Of a stretch of 64,000 bases of DNA, positions 11,992 to 24,300 are shown in pieces. The notes beneath the pieces were generated by a model, which saw only the letters and a list, made by a program, of their open reading frames with translations, was not told the DNA's origin and did no database searches. How positions within the stretch are numbered: the stretch's first letter is position 1; every line of letters starts with the position of its first letter. Source of the DNA: Eukaryota sp. GEM-RC1 (lineage: Eukaryota); contig JAUFOQ010000003.1 in the NCBI GenBank assembly GCA_040285855.1, forward strand, positions 806,001-870,000, read 5' to 3'. The translations under genes were made by a program, and so were the position numbers.

Positions 11992-13600
11992 CTACCTAGG
12001 TGGATGATAATATCTCTCATCAAATCGGTCCACCAACCAATCCTCTGGAGTTTCCAATTCAATCCCCTGGATAAACTCCTCTCGTTCTCTCCTCAACTCA
12101 ACTATCCTAGTTCTGGCATCAGCGATCTCTGAACTTGCCCTCTTCAATCGTTCAATCTCTTGTAATCGTAAAAGATCCTTTCTTTCTGCAAACGACACTC
12201 TAGTTTCCATTAACTCTTGATTAATAGAGGTAACAAACGGTTCAAACACGTTTCTATACAGCGTAAAGAGTCCATGTGACGTGACGCCATAGAATAAACT
12301 AGAACTCAAGACAAAGAATGACGTGATTGGGAAAAAGGAAACTGACTGTCAAGCTCTTTCTCTATAAATAATGAGTAAAAGATTGCAGTCGGTCCAACGG
12401 GCCCAAAGTAACCAACGTAAAACTTGTCAACTTTGGAAAGGAAAGGGAAATGAACTACATTGGATATCAGGAGGAAGATAGGTAGTCTTCGTAGAAGAAG
12501 AAGGGCAAGTGATAATAGGAATAATCGTGATCCTCCAATGTTAACAATTTCAGACCAAGGAAAGAATAATCCAAATAATAGGAAAAATGTAAAATTCAGC
12601 AAGGAATCAATCGTGTCTTGGTAAAACACTTCTAAAGCTCTACCCACATAGTCCAACTTTGCATTAAAGAAATAGGCTGAAACAAACACAGCTAGCAAGG
12701 GGCTGAGATTAATTAAAACACTAATACCCAAGACAACAAGAGTTTGAGCAACTGAGTAAGCAATGAATGAATGTTTGTCAAACATGTTGGATTTATGTGA
12801 CCAGTTGAACACCATAGCACCAACTGTCCCCAGTACAAACCCCACAACTATAGATAGGGTGATATCCCACAGAATAGAGCGTAAAAGCCACCACAGAAAC
12901 ACTGAAATAACAGATGACTCTGGAAACTGTAAGAAGAAGAAGGGTAGCGAAATGTATAGCCAAGCCATACCTTCTGTTAAGCTTGACTCTGCTAGTAATA
13001 GATAGGACATTTCAATGGGAAGATGCTGGTGTTAGTAAAAGTCTGTACAACAATACCTTCACAGCATATCGTCCTGAAGTTAGTTCACACTTCATTGACT
13101 TGTCAAACCTCTGGGGGAAACCTTGAGAGAACAACATACTTGAAGAGTTCTGACATTGTGACGGGATCAGTGATCACCAAGAGTAGAGCCTGCAGAGCAA
13201 ACCAAAGGAGTGAAATCGAATATTGACTCCGAAACAGTGCAACTAGAAAAGCAAAGGCTATAGCTGCTGAAGTTAACATGACCATTGTAACTAGTGTTCC
13301 AAGTTGTTTAACTCGTCTGAGAATGTAATGCTGTGGGAGATATATTACTGTGACAAAGATTTGAATTGCCGCTGCCACTTTTGAAATCTCCAGCAGCAAC
13401 GATCGTGATGTAGCAGACATTGGCTGTAACATCGTGGAGAGTATCAGAGAGAGTAAGACACCGAACGCAATAGAGTAGCTAGCGGCAGTTAGATAAAGTT
13501 TGGTTTTCCAAATTCTCCCCAGGGTAGCGTAGGTGGAAACTACAAGACCCCATACGACGTAAGTGAGGAATAAGGGGGTGTTTGGAGTAAGAAACAACAT
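11992..13600 (-). CDS. CPA1 Na+/H+ antiporter, fungal NHA1/Sod2-like; three short introns plus one homopolymer frameshift (~12335)
   Basis: Multiple TM segments; TDPV, AES..EG, RRLP and GYFGPVG motifs. Introns 13111-13139, 13074-13108 and 13026-13056 restore DPVTMSELFKGRYAVKHLP. Confidence 0.85.
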
Positions 13601-14068
13601 AATATCAGTTTACAGTCCTGATATCCTGATATTTGACGGTCGTCAGCACGAAGTGTGAGCTGAAGAGGTTCGTCAGTATGAATTAGACCTGTGCGGTCGA
13701 CTCCGTTTCATGAATCGAGTCGTGCACATGCTAGAAATTACCCGCACATCGATCTTCTGTTAAACGAACAAACACTCCTAAATAGGTTGTCAAACAATTG
13801 TTTTCAGTCTGTTGCAATTGATTGTGACATGCTACTTAGACATAATGTACGTACTACTATAACTAATACAGTAATTCAATGTCATTAAAGGGGTAATAAC
13901 AGTAATGTTAATACACCTTTAATGACAGTGAATCTATCATGGAAAAGTGTTGAACACATGAACAGAAGATATTTTGCTTGGACGGTATTAAATTGGCTTG
14001 TGATGAATCCTTTAGTGATTTCACTAGATATTGATTACGGTCTATTTCAAAACAGAATATGGAATATA

Positions 14069-14593
14069 CAGGGACTTGCAACAATTTATTGGTATTGCAA
14101 TTTATTGGTATTGGCAATAGTTTTTATTGATTGCAACCCGTTTTCCAATACCAATATATTGCAATAATTCTCTATTGTAAAATGTGCCTACTTTTTGAAG
14201 ATTATTTGTTCAGAATTCTTCAAGGTGTACCTTTTGAAACTTCACTTGATTAAAAACAAGTGTCATAAACAGCCACATTCTTTGAAACAGTTTGTGCTTC
14301 ATTTAATTCACCAATGGGTCTACAGAAATGAGCTAGATGCAATTTCTGAACATTTCTTTCGTGATTGAAGATGCTTTTGTTGTAGTTTGCATTTGAGTTG
14401 AATCATGTGACAATTGTTAGTCGCTAACTTCAAACATTTAGTGTAATTTGATCTGTACTTATGTCTCTTTGATATCTGTTTATTCTGATTTTATTGGACC
14501 AATTTATTGCAATATATTGGACCAAAACCAATTATTGATTGGGGGCTGAAATTTCGTAGCAATACTATTGTAATACATTGTTGCCAGTCCCTG
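14069..14593. mobile_element. Non-autonomous TIR DNA element (MITE-like)
   Basis: TIR CAGGGACT(T/G)GCAACAAT at both ends; 9-bp direct repeat tggaatata flanks it (14060-14068, 14594-14602); subterminal ATTTATTG repeats. Confidence 0.8.
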
Positions 14594-14763
14594 TGGAATA
14601 TACAAATAGAATACAGACTAATCAAGTGTGTATCAATTTGGGTCTGTGCGTGTGTCTGTTGCCCATAACATTGAAAACAACACCAGTCTACTCATCACAT
14701 TAGTAGTAATATTTGAAATATTTGAGAATTTGAAATGATGCTTTCCCAGGAAAAAGACGTTTA

Positions 14764-17228
14764 CTACAATAAACTGCGACGTTCTAACTCATCAATTGCC
14801 ACACACGCCTTAAGTTCTCTAAGCTTCTCTTTCCAATATCGCGCCTTGATCACGTCAGCATCAGTGCCGATTCCATTCTTGTAACAAGAAATCAAGAGTT
14901 TAATTCCATGTGAATAATTCAATTCTGCTGATTTTTCAAATAATTGAAAAGCCTCGTGACAGTTCTTGGTCACTCCAATTCCATTCTGATACATTATACC
15001 TAAGTTTCGCATAGCAAAAGAACATTTCCGCTCAATCGCCCATTTGAAGTAGTTTACCGCCTTATATATGTCCTTTTCAACACCCAAACCTTTGTAATAC
15101 AAAAACCCTAACCTGTTCATTGCTCCCGGATGTTCTAAAGCAACTGCTGATCTTAACAACCTAACACTTTCATCAAGATTCTGATTAGTTCCATGCCCAT
15201 GTCTATAACAGTCAGACATCCAATAGAGACTTTCGGAATTATTTAAATCTGCTGCTTTTTTAAACCAATCAAATGCTTCTTTTTTGTTTTCCAAAAGACC
15301 CTCACCCCAGTAGTAACAATATCCCACATTAACCATACCAAATACATGACCTAATTCTGCAGCATTTTTAAAATATTCAGCGGCTAAATTTGAATTCTTA
15401 CCGACTCCCAAACCTAAATAATAACAATTTCCTAATTTGAAAATAGCTTCAACGTTGTTCATATTAGCTGACTCTTGAAACAACGCAAAAGCTGTGGAGT
15501 AATTCTGTTCAACATAAGTGCCATGAAAATAATTCAATGCACTGGAGAAAAGTTGAGGTTTCAATTTGATCTCCTTTTCACGTGACTCCCAGAAATCACA
15601 CGAAATTTTTGCAACATACGAATTGATGAAAACACTAAGTGTTTCATCGGAATTTAATTCCATTAACAATTTTAAATATTCCAGCAAGTTTGAATCATTG
15701 ACTGTAATAGACTCCACACATTTCGGAAATACATTAACAGACAGTTGATAGTTAGAGTGTTTTTCTCTCTTCCAAGAATTCACAAGACTTCTTGCTAACC
15801 ATAAACAATATTCACCAGAAAGTGTTCCACAAAGATGTTCAAGACAAGTAAATGAGAAGCAATAATTGGAGTGATCGTTCAAACAGCATGGAGAAATTAC
15901 AGAGGTGAAAATATCAGATAGAAAAGTTAAATGTTTGGCAAATGAATGATTTTGATCAACTTCGCATAAAATGTTAACAAACCACGACGATGTAATTAAT
16001 TCAAAATTCTCAACTCTTTGGAAAATCTCTATCGACCATTCGATTAAAATTGAAGTAAACTGTGAATATTGAAAAGAGGTTTCAAAATTTCAAAAATTTG
16101 AGAACATTCAGAATCGGAAATTACCAACGAAGATAATATTTCAGACAATTCTGATGGCGAGAATGGATCAACTTTGTGAAGTTTCATTAAGCATCTGAAT
16201 AACCAAACAATATCAATAAATGGAAGTAGCAGAATTATGAAAGAAATTCTTAATGGAATAGGATATTCACTAATATGGGAAAGATTTTTGAAAATCTCAA
16301 TATTGTTTTCTACGAAATTGAACAAATATCGTTGATTTGAAATTTTGAGTATATAGATCAATTCTGTTTCAGAAAACCTGTTGCTAGCAAGAAATTGTTC
16401 ACAAGTCAATTGAAGCTGATCAACTTGGAAATATTTGGACAATTGTAAAAAATCCAACAAGTTTAAAAAATCAAGCTTAATTGCCTGGTAATGGAATAAA
16501 TTGAAAAACGCCACTAAATTATCTTCTGAAACACCAGGAAATTCATCAAAATATTGAAACCTTTTGACAGAGCTGTTAGTGCAGGTTTGTGAAGAAGAAG
16601 TCAAGAAAGTTCTTGAGAATAGAGTCAAATTTAACGAATTCATCATGATATCAGTGTTTTTGTAAGAAACACGTACATCATGAGGACAAGATTCAACAAA
16701 CTTTGAAATACAAGTTTTTGGATCCAATTTAAAATTGTTGCTATCCAAGTGCTTGAGGCCATTGCTCATTCTATCATTAAGGAAATCATTTAACTCATGA
16801 TACTGAAGAAGAGAAGCAATAAAGGAAAACATAGGGACAGATTGGGTGGAAATAGAGAGACTTTGGCCATAGAAAGTGTTGAGAACTGACAGGAGAAGCT
16901 CAGAGTCTATGTCGGAGGACAGTGATGCTAGCTCTAGAGTTGAAGACTGAAGAAGCTTTTCCTTAAGAACGGAACTAAATGGGGTGATGATGGAAGAATG
17001 ACATTTGAATAAGCCGTCATCGTACACTATAACTGTGTCCGTCAGGATGTTCTCCTGCTGTAGAGAGTAGAGGTTGTTGTAGAAATGATCAACATTGAAG
17101 GAGAAATTGATTGAGGAAGCTGAGTTATCTGTATCTCGAGAACGTTTTAGTGGAGGAGGGTTTATGCCATTAGATGACGATTGTGTTTCAAAGTGGAACG
17201 ATAAAAGTCGTAGACACTTGGTAAACAT
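14764..17228 (-). CDS. BTB-BTB + Sel1-like repeat protein, copy 1 (frameshift near 16075)
   Basis: Two BTB-like regions (LTDTVI..FKCHSSII; FQVDQL..CEQFL) and C-terminal Sel1 repeats (LGxxYxxGxGV.K...A...F..AA); collinear with intact copy 2. Confidence 0.8.
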
Positions 17229-18061
17229 GATTGACGATGAACCAGAAAATGAGCTTGTCTTATATTTAAATTTTTGACTTGTTCACAAATCAATCAATTT
17301 AACACGATATCTGTGTAGAATGCATCAGGTAACGTTTTTTAACCATCTACGCTTAGTGGTCAGTCTAATAACAATGGTAATGTTACTGTAAATTGTTGAG
17401 CAAAATACACTCAAATGGAAATCTTTCTGTAAGAGTCCTAGTTGTTGGTACTAACAGTCATGGTATACCAGCAATGAAATCCTATCGTAAACTGCAAGCG
17501 TATATGCTTACCAGAATATATGTCTTGACTGGCGAATATTGTTGTGTTAGCCTCAGGAGTTACTACAACGTAGTAGTACGTTAAATTTGATTTAAAAACA
17601 TCGTTAATCTATCCTTTTGAGCCTTTAGGTACCACATAACAGACTTTTCGCATCTTTCCAATTTTGATTGAATCAAGATCAACATCATTCGAACTAGAAT
17701 CCATGTACAATATTGCACAAGCATCAACCATGAGATAAACTTTGGCTGCTAGTCACTGAGTCGAGTGATATAGATTTGATACAAATTCTTCCCTCAACAC
17801 CAATACTGAATAGAAGTTGTCTAATCAAACAGCTTCTTTTAAGTCGAATCAACTAGTCTATCCATGTCTGCAACAAACTTCACAAAGATAAAATTGCAGA
17901 GCTGATGTATAGAATTATCAACGTGACAATCGACACTTTCGTCCAACTTCAAACATTTTGTGAGGTCAAATAGTTCGCTGACTTCTAATATTTGTAGTAA
18001 TTGAATATATAATTCAAAATTTAAATATTAGACAAGCTCATTTTCTGGTTCCTCGTCAATC

Positions 18062-20545
18062 ATGTTTACCAAGTATCTACGACTTTTATCGTTCCACTCT
18101 GAAACACAATCGTCCTCTAATGGCGTAAACCCTCCTCCACTAAAACGTTCTCATGATACAGATAACTCAGCTTCCTCAATCAATTTCGCCTTCAATGTTG
18201 ATCATTTCTACAACAACCTCTACTCTCTACAACAGGAGAACATCCTGACGGACACAATTATAATCTACGATGGTGACTCATTCCACTGTCATTCTTTCAT
18301 CATCTCTACTTTCAGTTCGTATCTTAAGCAGAAACTGCTCCAGTCTTCTACAAGTACTATTGAACTGGCAAACTGTTGCCTTCTTTCAGATTCTGATCTT
18401 GTCTTTTCTGTTCTCAAAACATTCTATGGTCAATGTCTTCATGTTACCGCTCAATCTCTTCCGCAACTTTCTGCTGTTGCTTCTCTCCTTGACTTTCAGG
18501 AGTTAAGTGAGTTTGTTACTGAGAGAATGACACACGGGTTAAAGAACTTTGATGATAGTTCTTTTGTTTTGGATTTGAATGTTGTTGCTTCCAGATGTAT
18601 ATCATCGTGCTTTCATGATGTGCGTGTTTCTTACAAAAACACTCCTGTTAAGACAAATTCTGTTATTCTGGCTGTATTTTCCCGGACATTCTACACTTCT
18701 TTCATTTGTGATTTTGCAGATAAAGAAACTCGAAATTTTCATTATTCTGGAGAGTTTCCAGGTGTTTCAGAAAATATTTTCAGATTGTTCTTCGAGCTAT
18801 TCCACTGTAAATCTATTAAGTTGAATATTTCAAATGTTCTAGATTATTTCCAATTATCATCTTATTTTCAAGTTGATGAACTTAAATTGGCTTGTAATCA
18901 GTTTCTGACAAACAACTGCTTTTCTGAAACCGAATTAATGTGTTTATTGCAAATTTCAAATGAAAGGGATCAGCTCAATTTCGTCGAATACAATATTGAA
19001 ATTTTCAAAATTCTTTCTAATATTGATGAAGAACCTTTTCCATTAACATCATCTTTCGTAGTTTTGCTACTTCCATTTATTGATATTGTTTGGTTATTTA
19101 GATGTTTAATGGAACTTCACAAAGTTGATCCATTCTCGCCTTCAGAATTGTCTGAATTATTATCCTTGTCAGTAATTTCCGAATCTGAATGTTCTCAAAT
19201 TTTTGAAATTTTGAAGCCGCTTTTTCATCTATCACAATTTACTTCAATTTTAATCGAATGGTCGATAAAGACTTTCCAAACTGTTGAGAATTCCGAAACA
19301 ATCACAATATTGTGGTTTTTTACAATTTTGTGCGAAGTTGATAAAAAAATTTGTTTTGGCAAACATTTAAATTTTCTTTCTGATATTTTCACCTCTGTAA
19401 TTTCTCCATGCTGTTTGAACGATCACTCCAATTATTGCTTCTCATTTACTTGTCTTGAACATCTTTGTTCAAAACTCCCTAGTGAATATTGTTTATGGTT
19501 AGCAAGAAGTCTTCTTAATTCTTGGAAGAGTGTAAAATATTCCAACTGTCCGCTGTCTGTTGATGTGTTTGCGAAATGTGTGCAGTCTATTACAGTCAAT
19601 GATTCCAACTTGCTAGATTATTTGAAATTGTTGATGGAATTAAATTCCGATGAAACACTTGGTGTTTTCATCAATTCGTATGTGGCAAAATGTTCACACA
19701 GCTACTGGGAATCACGTAACAATGACTTGAAATTAAGTAATCAACTTTATTCCAATGGATTACATTTTCTTACTAGTGAGTGTTTAAACAAAAATTACTC
19801 CGCTGCTTTTGCGTTGTTTCAAGAGTCAGCTAATATGAACAACGTTGAAGCTATTTTTAAATTAGGAAATTGTTATTATTTAGGCTTGGGAGTCGCTAAG
19901 AATTTAAATTTAGCCGCTGAATATTTTAAAAATGCTGCAGAATTAGGCCATGTTTTTGGTATGGTTAATGTGGGATATTGTTACTACTGGGGTGAGGGTC
20001 TTTTGGAAAACAAAAAAGAAGCATTTGATTGGTTTAAAAAAGCAGCAGATTTAAATAATTCTGAGGCTATGTATTGGCTGTCCTTCAGTTATCGACATCA
20101 TTCCGGTCTTACACAAAACAGATCCAAGGGTATTCGTTGGTTGAAACTTTCTGCTAAATTTGGAAATGCTAGAGCAATGAACGCATTGATCAGTCGGGGT
20201 TTTATATATTTCAATGGAAACGGTGTGAAAGCGAATGTTGATGAAGCTATTCATCATTACCAAATGGCATCTGACGCTGGGTGCTCAAGTGCAATGAAAA
20301 ATCTTGGAGTTAAGTACTTGAGAGGGATTGTTGTGAAAAAGGACCTTCACACAGCTTTTGAATTATTTGAAAAATCAGCCAAATTGAATAATGTTAATGG
20401 AATAGATCAGCTCATTACTTGTATTAAGAATGGGGTGGGAACTGATTGTGATTTGGAGAAAGCCATGCATTGGGAAGCAAAGAAAGAAGAATTGAAAGAC
20501 TGTCAAGCGACTGATCAATTGCTTAGAAGAGGGTTGTTGATGTAA
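18062..20545 (+). CDS. BTB-BTB + Sel1-like repeat protein, copy 2 (intact 827 aa)
   Basis: Intact ORF with two BTB-like domains and about 7 Sel1 repeats. Confidence 0.85.
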   Translation: MFTKYLRLLSFHSETQSSSNGVNPPPLKRSHDTDNSASSINFAFNVDHFYNNLYSLQQENILTDTIIIYDGDSFHCHSFIISTFSSYLKQKLLQSSTSTIELANCCLLSDSDLVFSVLKTFYGQCLHVTAQSLPQLSAVASLLDFQELSEFVTERMTHGLKNFDDSSFVLDLNVVASRCISSCFHDVRVSYKNTPVKTNSVILAVFSRTFYTSFICDFADKETRNFHYSGEFPGVSENIFRLFFELFHCKSIKLNISNVLDYFQLSSYFQVDELKLACNQFLTNNCFSETELMCLLQISNERDQLNFVEYNIEIFKILSNIDEEPFPLTSSFVVLLLPFIDIVWLFRCLMELHKVDPFSPSELSELLSLSVISESECSQIFEILKPLFHLSQFTSILIEWSIKTFQTVENSETITILWFFTILCEVDKKICFGKHLNFLSDIFTSVISPCCLNDHSNYCFSFTCLEHLCSKLPSEYCLWLARSLLNSWKSVKYSNCPLSVDVFAKCVQSITVNDSNLLDYLKLLMELNSDETLGVFINSYVAKCSHSYWESRNNDLKLSNQLYSNGLHFLTSECLNKNYSAAFALFQESANMNNVEAIFKLGNCYYLGLGVAKNLNLAAEYFKNAAELGHVFGMVNVGYCYYWGEGLLENKKEAFDWFKKAADLNNSEAMYWLSFSYRHHSGLTQNRSKGIRWLKLSAKFGNARAMNALISRGFIYFNGNGVKANVDEAIHHYQMASDAGCSSAMKNLGVKYLRGIVVKKDLHTAFELFEKSAKLNNVNGIDQLITCIKNGVGTDCDLEKAMHWEAKKEELKDCQATDQLLRRGLLM

Positions 20546-21319
20546 GTATCAGTAACGAAGTCCATTTGAATGAGACTGAACTGATAAGCCAAATTTTTTT
20601 AATTTGTATTTCTTTTTCTGTTACTTCCGAATGACATTTTGTTTTGGTAAGCTTTAATTATGAAAAACATGGCATTCTTTCAATTGCTTTTTTGAATTTC
20701 CGACAACATCCGTAACTAGACATTAGAACGTACCAAATACGATTCTGAGCAGGATCCAAATCTTAGTAACAACATGACAATCCCATTTACCGAAGTATTA
20801 CGCAATCCTAATTTTATGAATCAATATATGTTACAGACATGCAAAATCTATTATGTTGTATTAAAAGAAGTTGAACTTTACAGTTTGGTCCAAGATGAGT
20901 TCTCGCCAACACAATCCATTAGTTTTCCATTGTTTTGCTATTACTCTCTACGGAACGTTGGGCTTTTTCGCACATGATTTTGGCACTGATAAACATGCAC
21001 TTAAAGTAGGTATCTTCAATCTTCATTCCCATTCTGTCGGGTTATTCTCACCAAATTTAGAACATAACATCTAGAATTGAAATTTGGCAACTCACAAAAG
21101 GCTCAAAACTAATGATCGTTAAGTGCACGGTACATTTATTACACGTGCCCTAATTTTCTAGAAAGATGTGCTTTCTATAAACGTGCGAACAAATAATTGA
21201 TCTAGTGTATGAAATTGAACAAGTTGTTCATTGTTAACTATACACTTAATATAAACAATGAAAATGAAATATGTAAAATGTATTTATATCAAACAAAAAT
21301 GAAAACAAAATACAAAAAT

Positions 21320-24300
21320 CTACGGAGAATACCGTTCAACAACAACATCTAGTTGTTCAGGTTCTTCAGGAATATTCAAATCAAATACTGGTATTGTTGC
21401 TTGAAGAGTGAACCGGCGACTCAAAAGTCTATCAATACGTTTCTTTCTCTCAACTAGAGCAGAAGGAATCTCATGTAGACCGTTAATTAAATCTAACACC
21501 AAAGTAAACTTGCTACTGAGATCTTGAGAGTAACAAAACTCTAATAATAGAGAAATTTTGGAATAAATTTCCAAACAAATTTCAACAGAACCATTTTGAA
21601 TATATTCCTTGTCAATCAAAGTCAATCCATAATCACAAAGGTAAATATTCTCTAGATTAAGACAATCTACTGGAGAACTCTTGTGTCTAAAAGCTGATAG
21701 AACTGAAACAACTTGTTGCATGTTAGGACGTTCAGTGTATTTAAACTGGAGACATTGACGTAGAAGAGGTAAGAGAGTAGTGGGAAGACCAGAGTGATGG
21801 GGAATATCGGGAATATCACCAGTTCTGAGTGAATCAATAATCAGTTGATCTCTATTAGGAAATCCTTCAAAATCTTGCCAAATTGATTCTTCTGTGAACA
21901 CATAGACTGCAATCAAAGCAAATGAGAAAACGTCAATCGAATCAGCGTAAACGATGTCATCTGAAACGAGCTCAGGACTAGCCCAATTGGGAGTCAAAAC
22001 TCTATTAGAATTTAAAGATAATGACATATTTGAATTTTCAATGTGTTTACCACTTCCCCAATCAATAATAACTGGACAAGCACCTCTAAACAGAATATTG
22101 TCTGGCTTGAGATCTCGATGAAGGAACTTTGACTCGTGGCAAGATACCAAAGCATTAGCTATACTAATTAATACGTCAAGCTTTTTGTTTTCAATTTTGA
22201 TTTTTGAAATTTTGTCCTTTAGAGTTGCACTTGATAGCCGTTCCATTACAAGACCATAGCGTTCCTTGCCATTCTTTGGGACCAAAGTAAGACCATAAAT
22301 TCTGCGTAAAGAAGGAACATTGGGGAGAGAACTTAAAATGGAGAATTCTCTTGCAAGTTCTGGACTAATTTTACCAGTACTATAATACAGTTTAACAACA
22401 ACTTCACTAAGAGCATATTCAGCATGAACGACTTCAGATTGACCACTAAATAGGGAAGTTTCCCAATCAATTTCTAATTCAATTGCAGAAATATTTGATT
22501 GAATTTCTTTTGTTGTTTGATTTTCTAATATTTGGTTTTGAAGAGCCTTACGTTGTTCTGTATGAAGTTGTTGTTGTTCTTCAAGAATTGATTTGAAAGA
22601 TGCTTCAGGAGCAAAAGAGACCCGTTTCTGTAACTCTCGAAATTCTAAACGCATTTCTTTCAATAAAATTTGATTGTGATTGGCCAGTGATGAATGGAAT
22701 TCTTCTTGATCGAAGTCAATGATTGCATCGACCTTTTGTTGTGATAAAGGTGGCAACTTTTCAAAAGTCTTTCCAGCAAAAGCAATTAGCAACTCTGATG
22801 AAAAATCATCCAAAAGTTTGTTACACATTTCAAATTCTCTCTTGAATTTCTCATGAGTGAAAGTTCGCTTAAACCATTGAGCATCGTCATGTTGTGTAAC
22901 CACTGTATTAACTCGATTACAAATATTTGTGAAATTTTTCAAAAGTTCAGAAAACATTGGTGACTCTGCCAGTTCCATGTTAGTTTCTAATTGAGACAGA
23001 GTAAGCTTTGTTAGTCTTAAAACTCTAGCTCCGAGAACTGCAGCTTGAGTCTTATTGATCTTGACGTTTTTGATTGAAGTAAACAAAGTGCCTAGAGCCA
23101 TTCCAATTGGAGAAAATACTGAAGAAGAAGAAGTAAGTAGAGTCAGAGTGTCAAGAATTGGTTCAGTTATTGACTCAATGTACTGATGTGGTTCCCATTC
23201 AGCCAAGTCATCTTTCATGGTTGAAATGGTACTACAAAGGGAGGAAACCACTGATTGGTGGTTAACTTGAAGAGATTTAATCGAATACGTGTGTTCAAGG
23301 ATTTTGTCTTGAGTATTTGTAATAGTTTCAGAAAAGATGGGAATCTTCTTAAGAGGAAGAAGATTTGGAGGATTGAAGTATAACGTAGCCGTTTTCTTTC
23401 GGAAAAACAAACACCATCCGATGGGGACAAGTACGAGGAGTGAAATGATAATGAATACCACAAATTTGAAATCGAAAGTTGCTTTAAGTTGTTCCTTTGG
23501 GTCTTCAGGATCCAAGGCTGTTGGGCAAACAAGTTCATCATCAGTTAACTCCGGAAATACTGAGACAACAACAATAGAAAGAGATCTTTCAGTTTGAATT
23601 TCAAAAGAGCCTCACAATTGATATAAATAGAACTAAATTCAGCATTCCCGTCATTAAAAAATAACAAAGTAAACGAATCATTTAGATTGAGGTGGTGATT
23701 GAAGAAATCAATAATCATGATTCCATTAAAAAGATTGTTCCTTGTACTCGTAAGAACTTGCTATCAGATTTCTTGTTATTGAATATTAACTTCGAAGTAG
23801 GATATAGCATTAAATCATGTTGAATTTCAATTTCAGATGGTTCAAATGTTCCATAATTAAAAACAGTAGAATTAATATAACCAATGCCAATAATAGAAGA
23901 AAATTCTGAAATGAAGAAGTTATGGGCTTCGACAGTCCCTCCATTGAAAACAAAAGTGAACGACGAGTCAAAATCAAGAAATCCATCAATTTTGATTAGT
24001 CCCGAAACTGCAACATTATTCACTAGTTTAATACCTGGAAAAGAGCATATTAAAGAACCATACGAAAGAACATCGACAGAAATATCTAAAAGTAAATAAG
24101 ATTCAAAATTGTTTTCTACATCCAAAGTTCCTTCAATTTCAATATGAGAGTCATCATTTCCAGAAATACTATATTCCATCAACACTTCTTCAAGTAACTG
24201 ATTAGAATGGGAATTCGTTTTTAAGTTCTTCGTTCTAAGAGCTTCTGTTCTACCATCTTCTCCATTACCCCAAGTTGAGAGTGGTGATGACGTGTCACTT

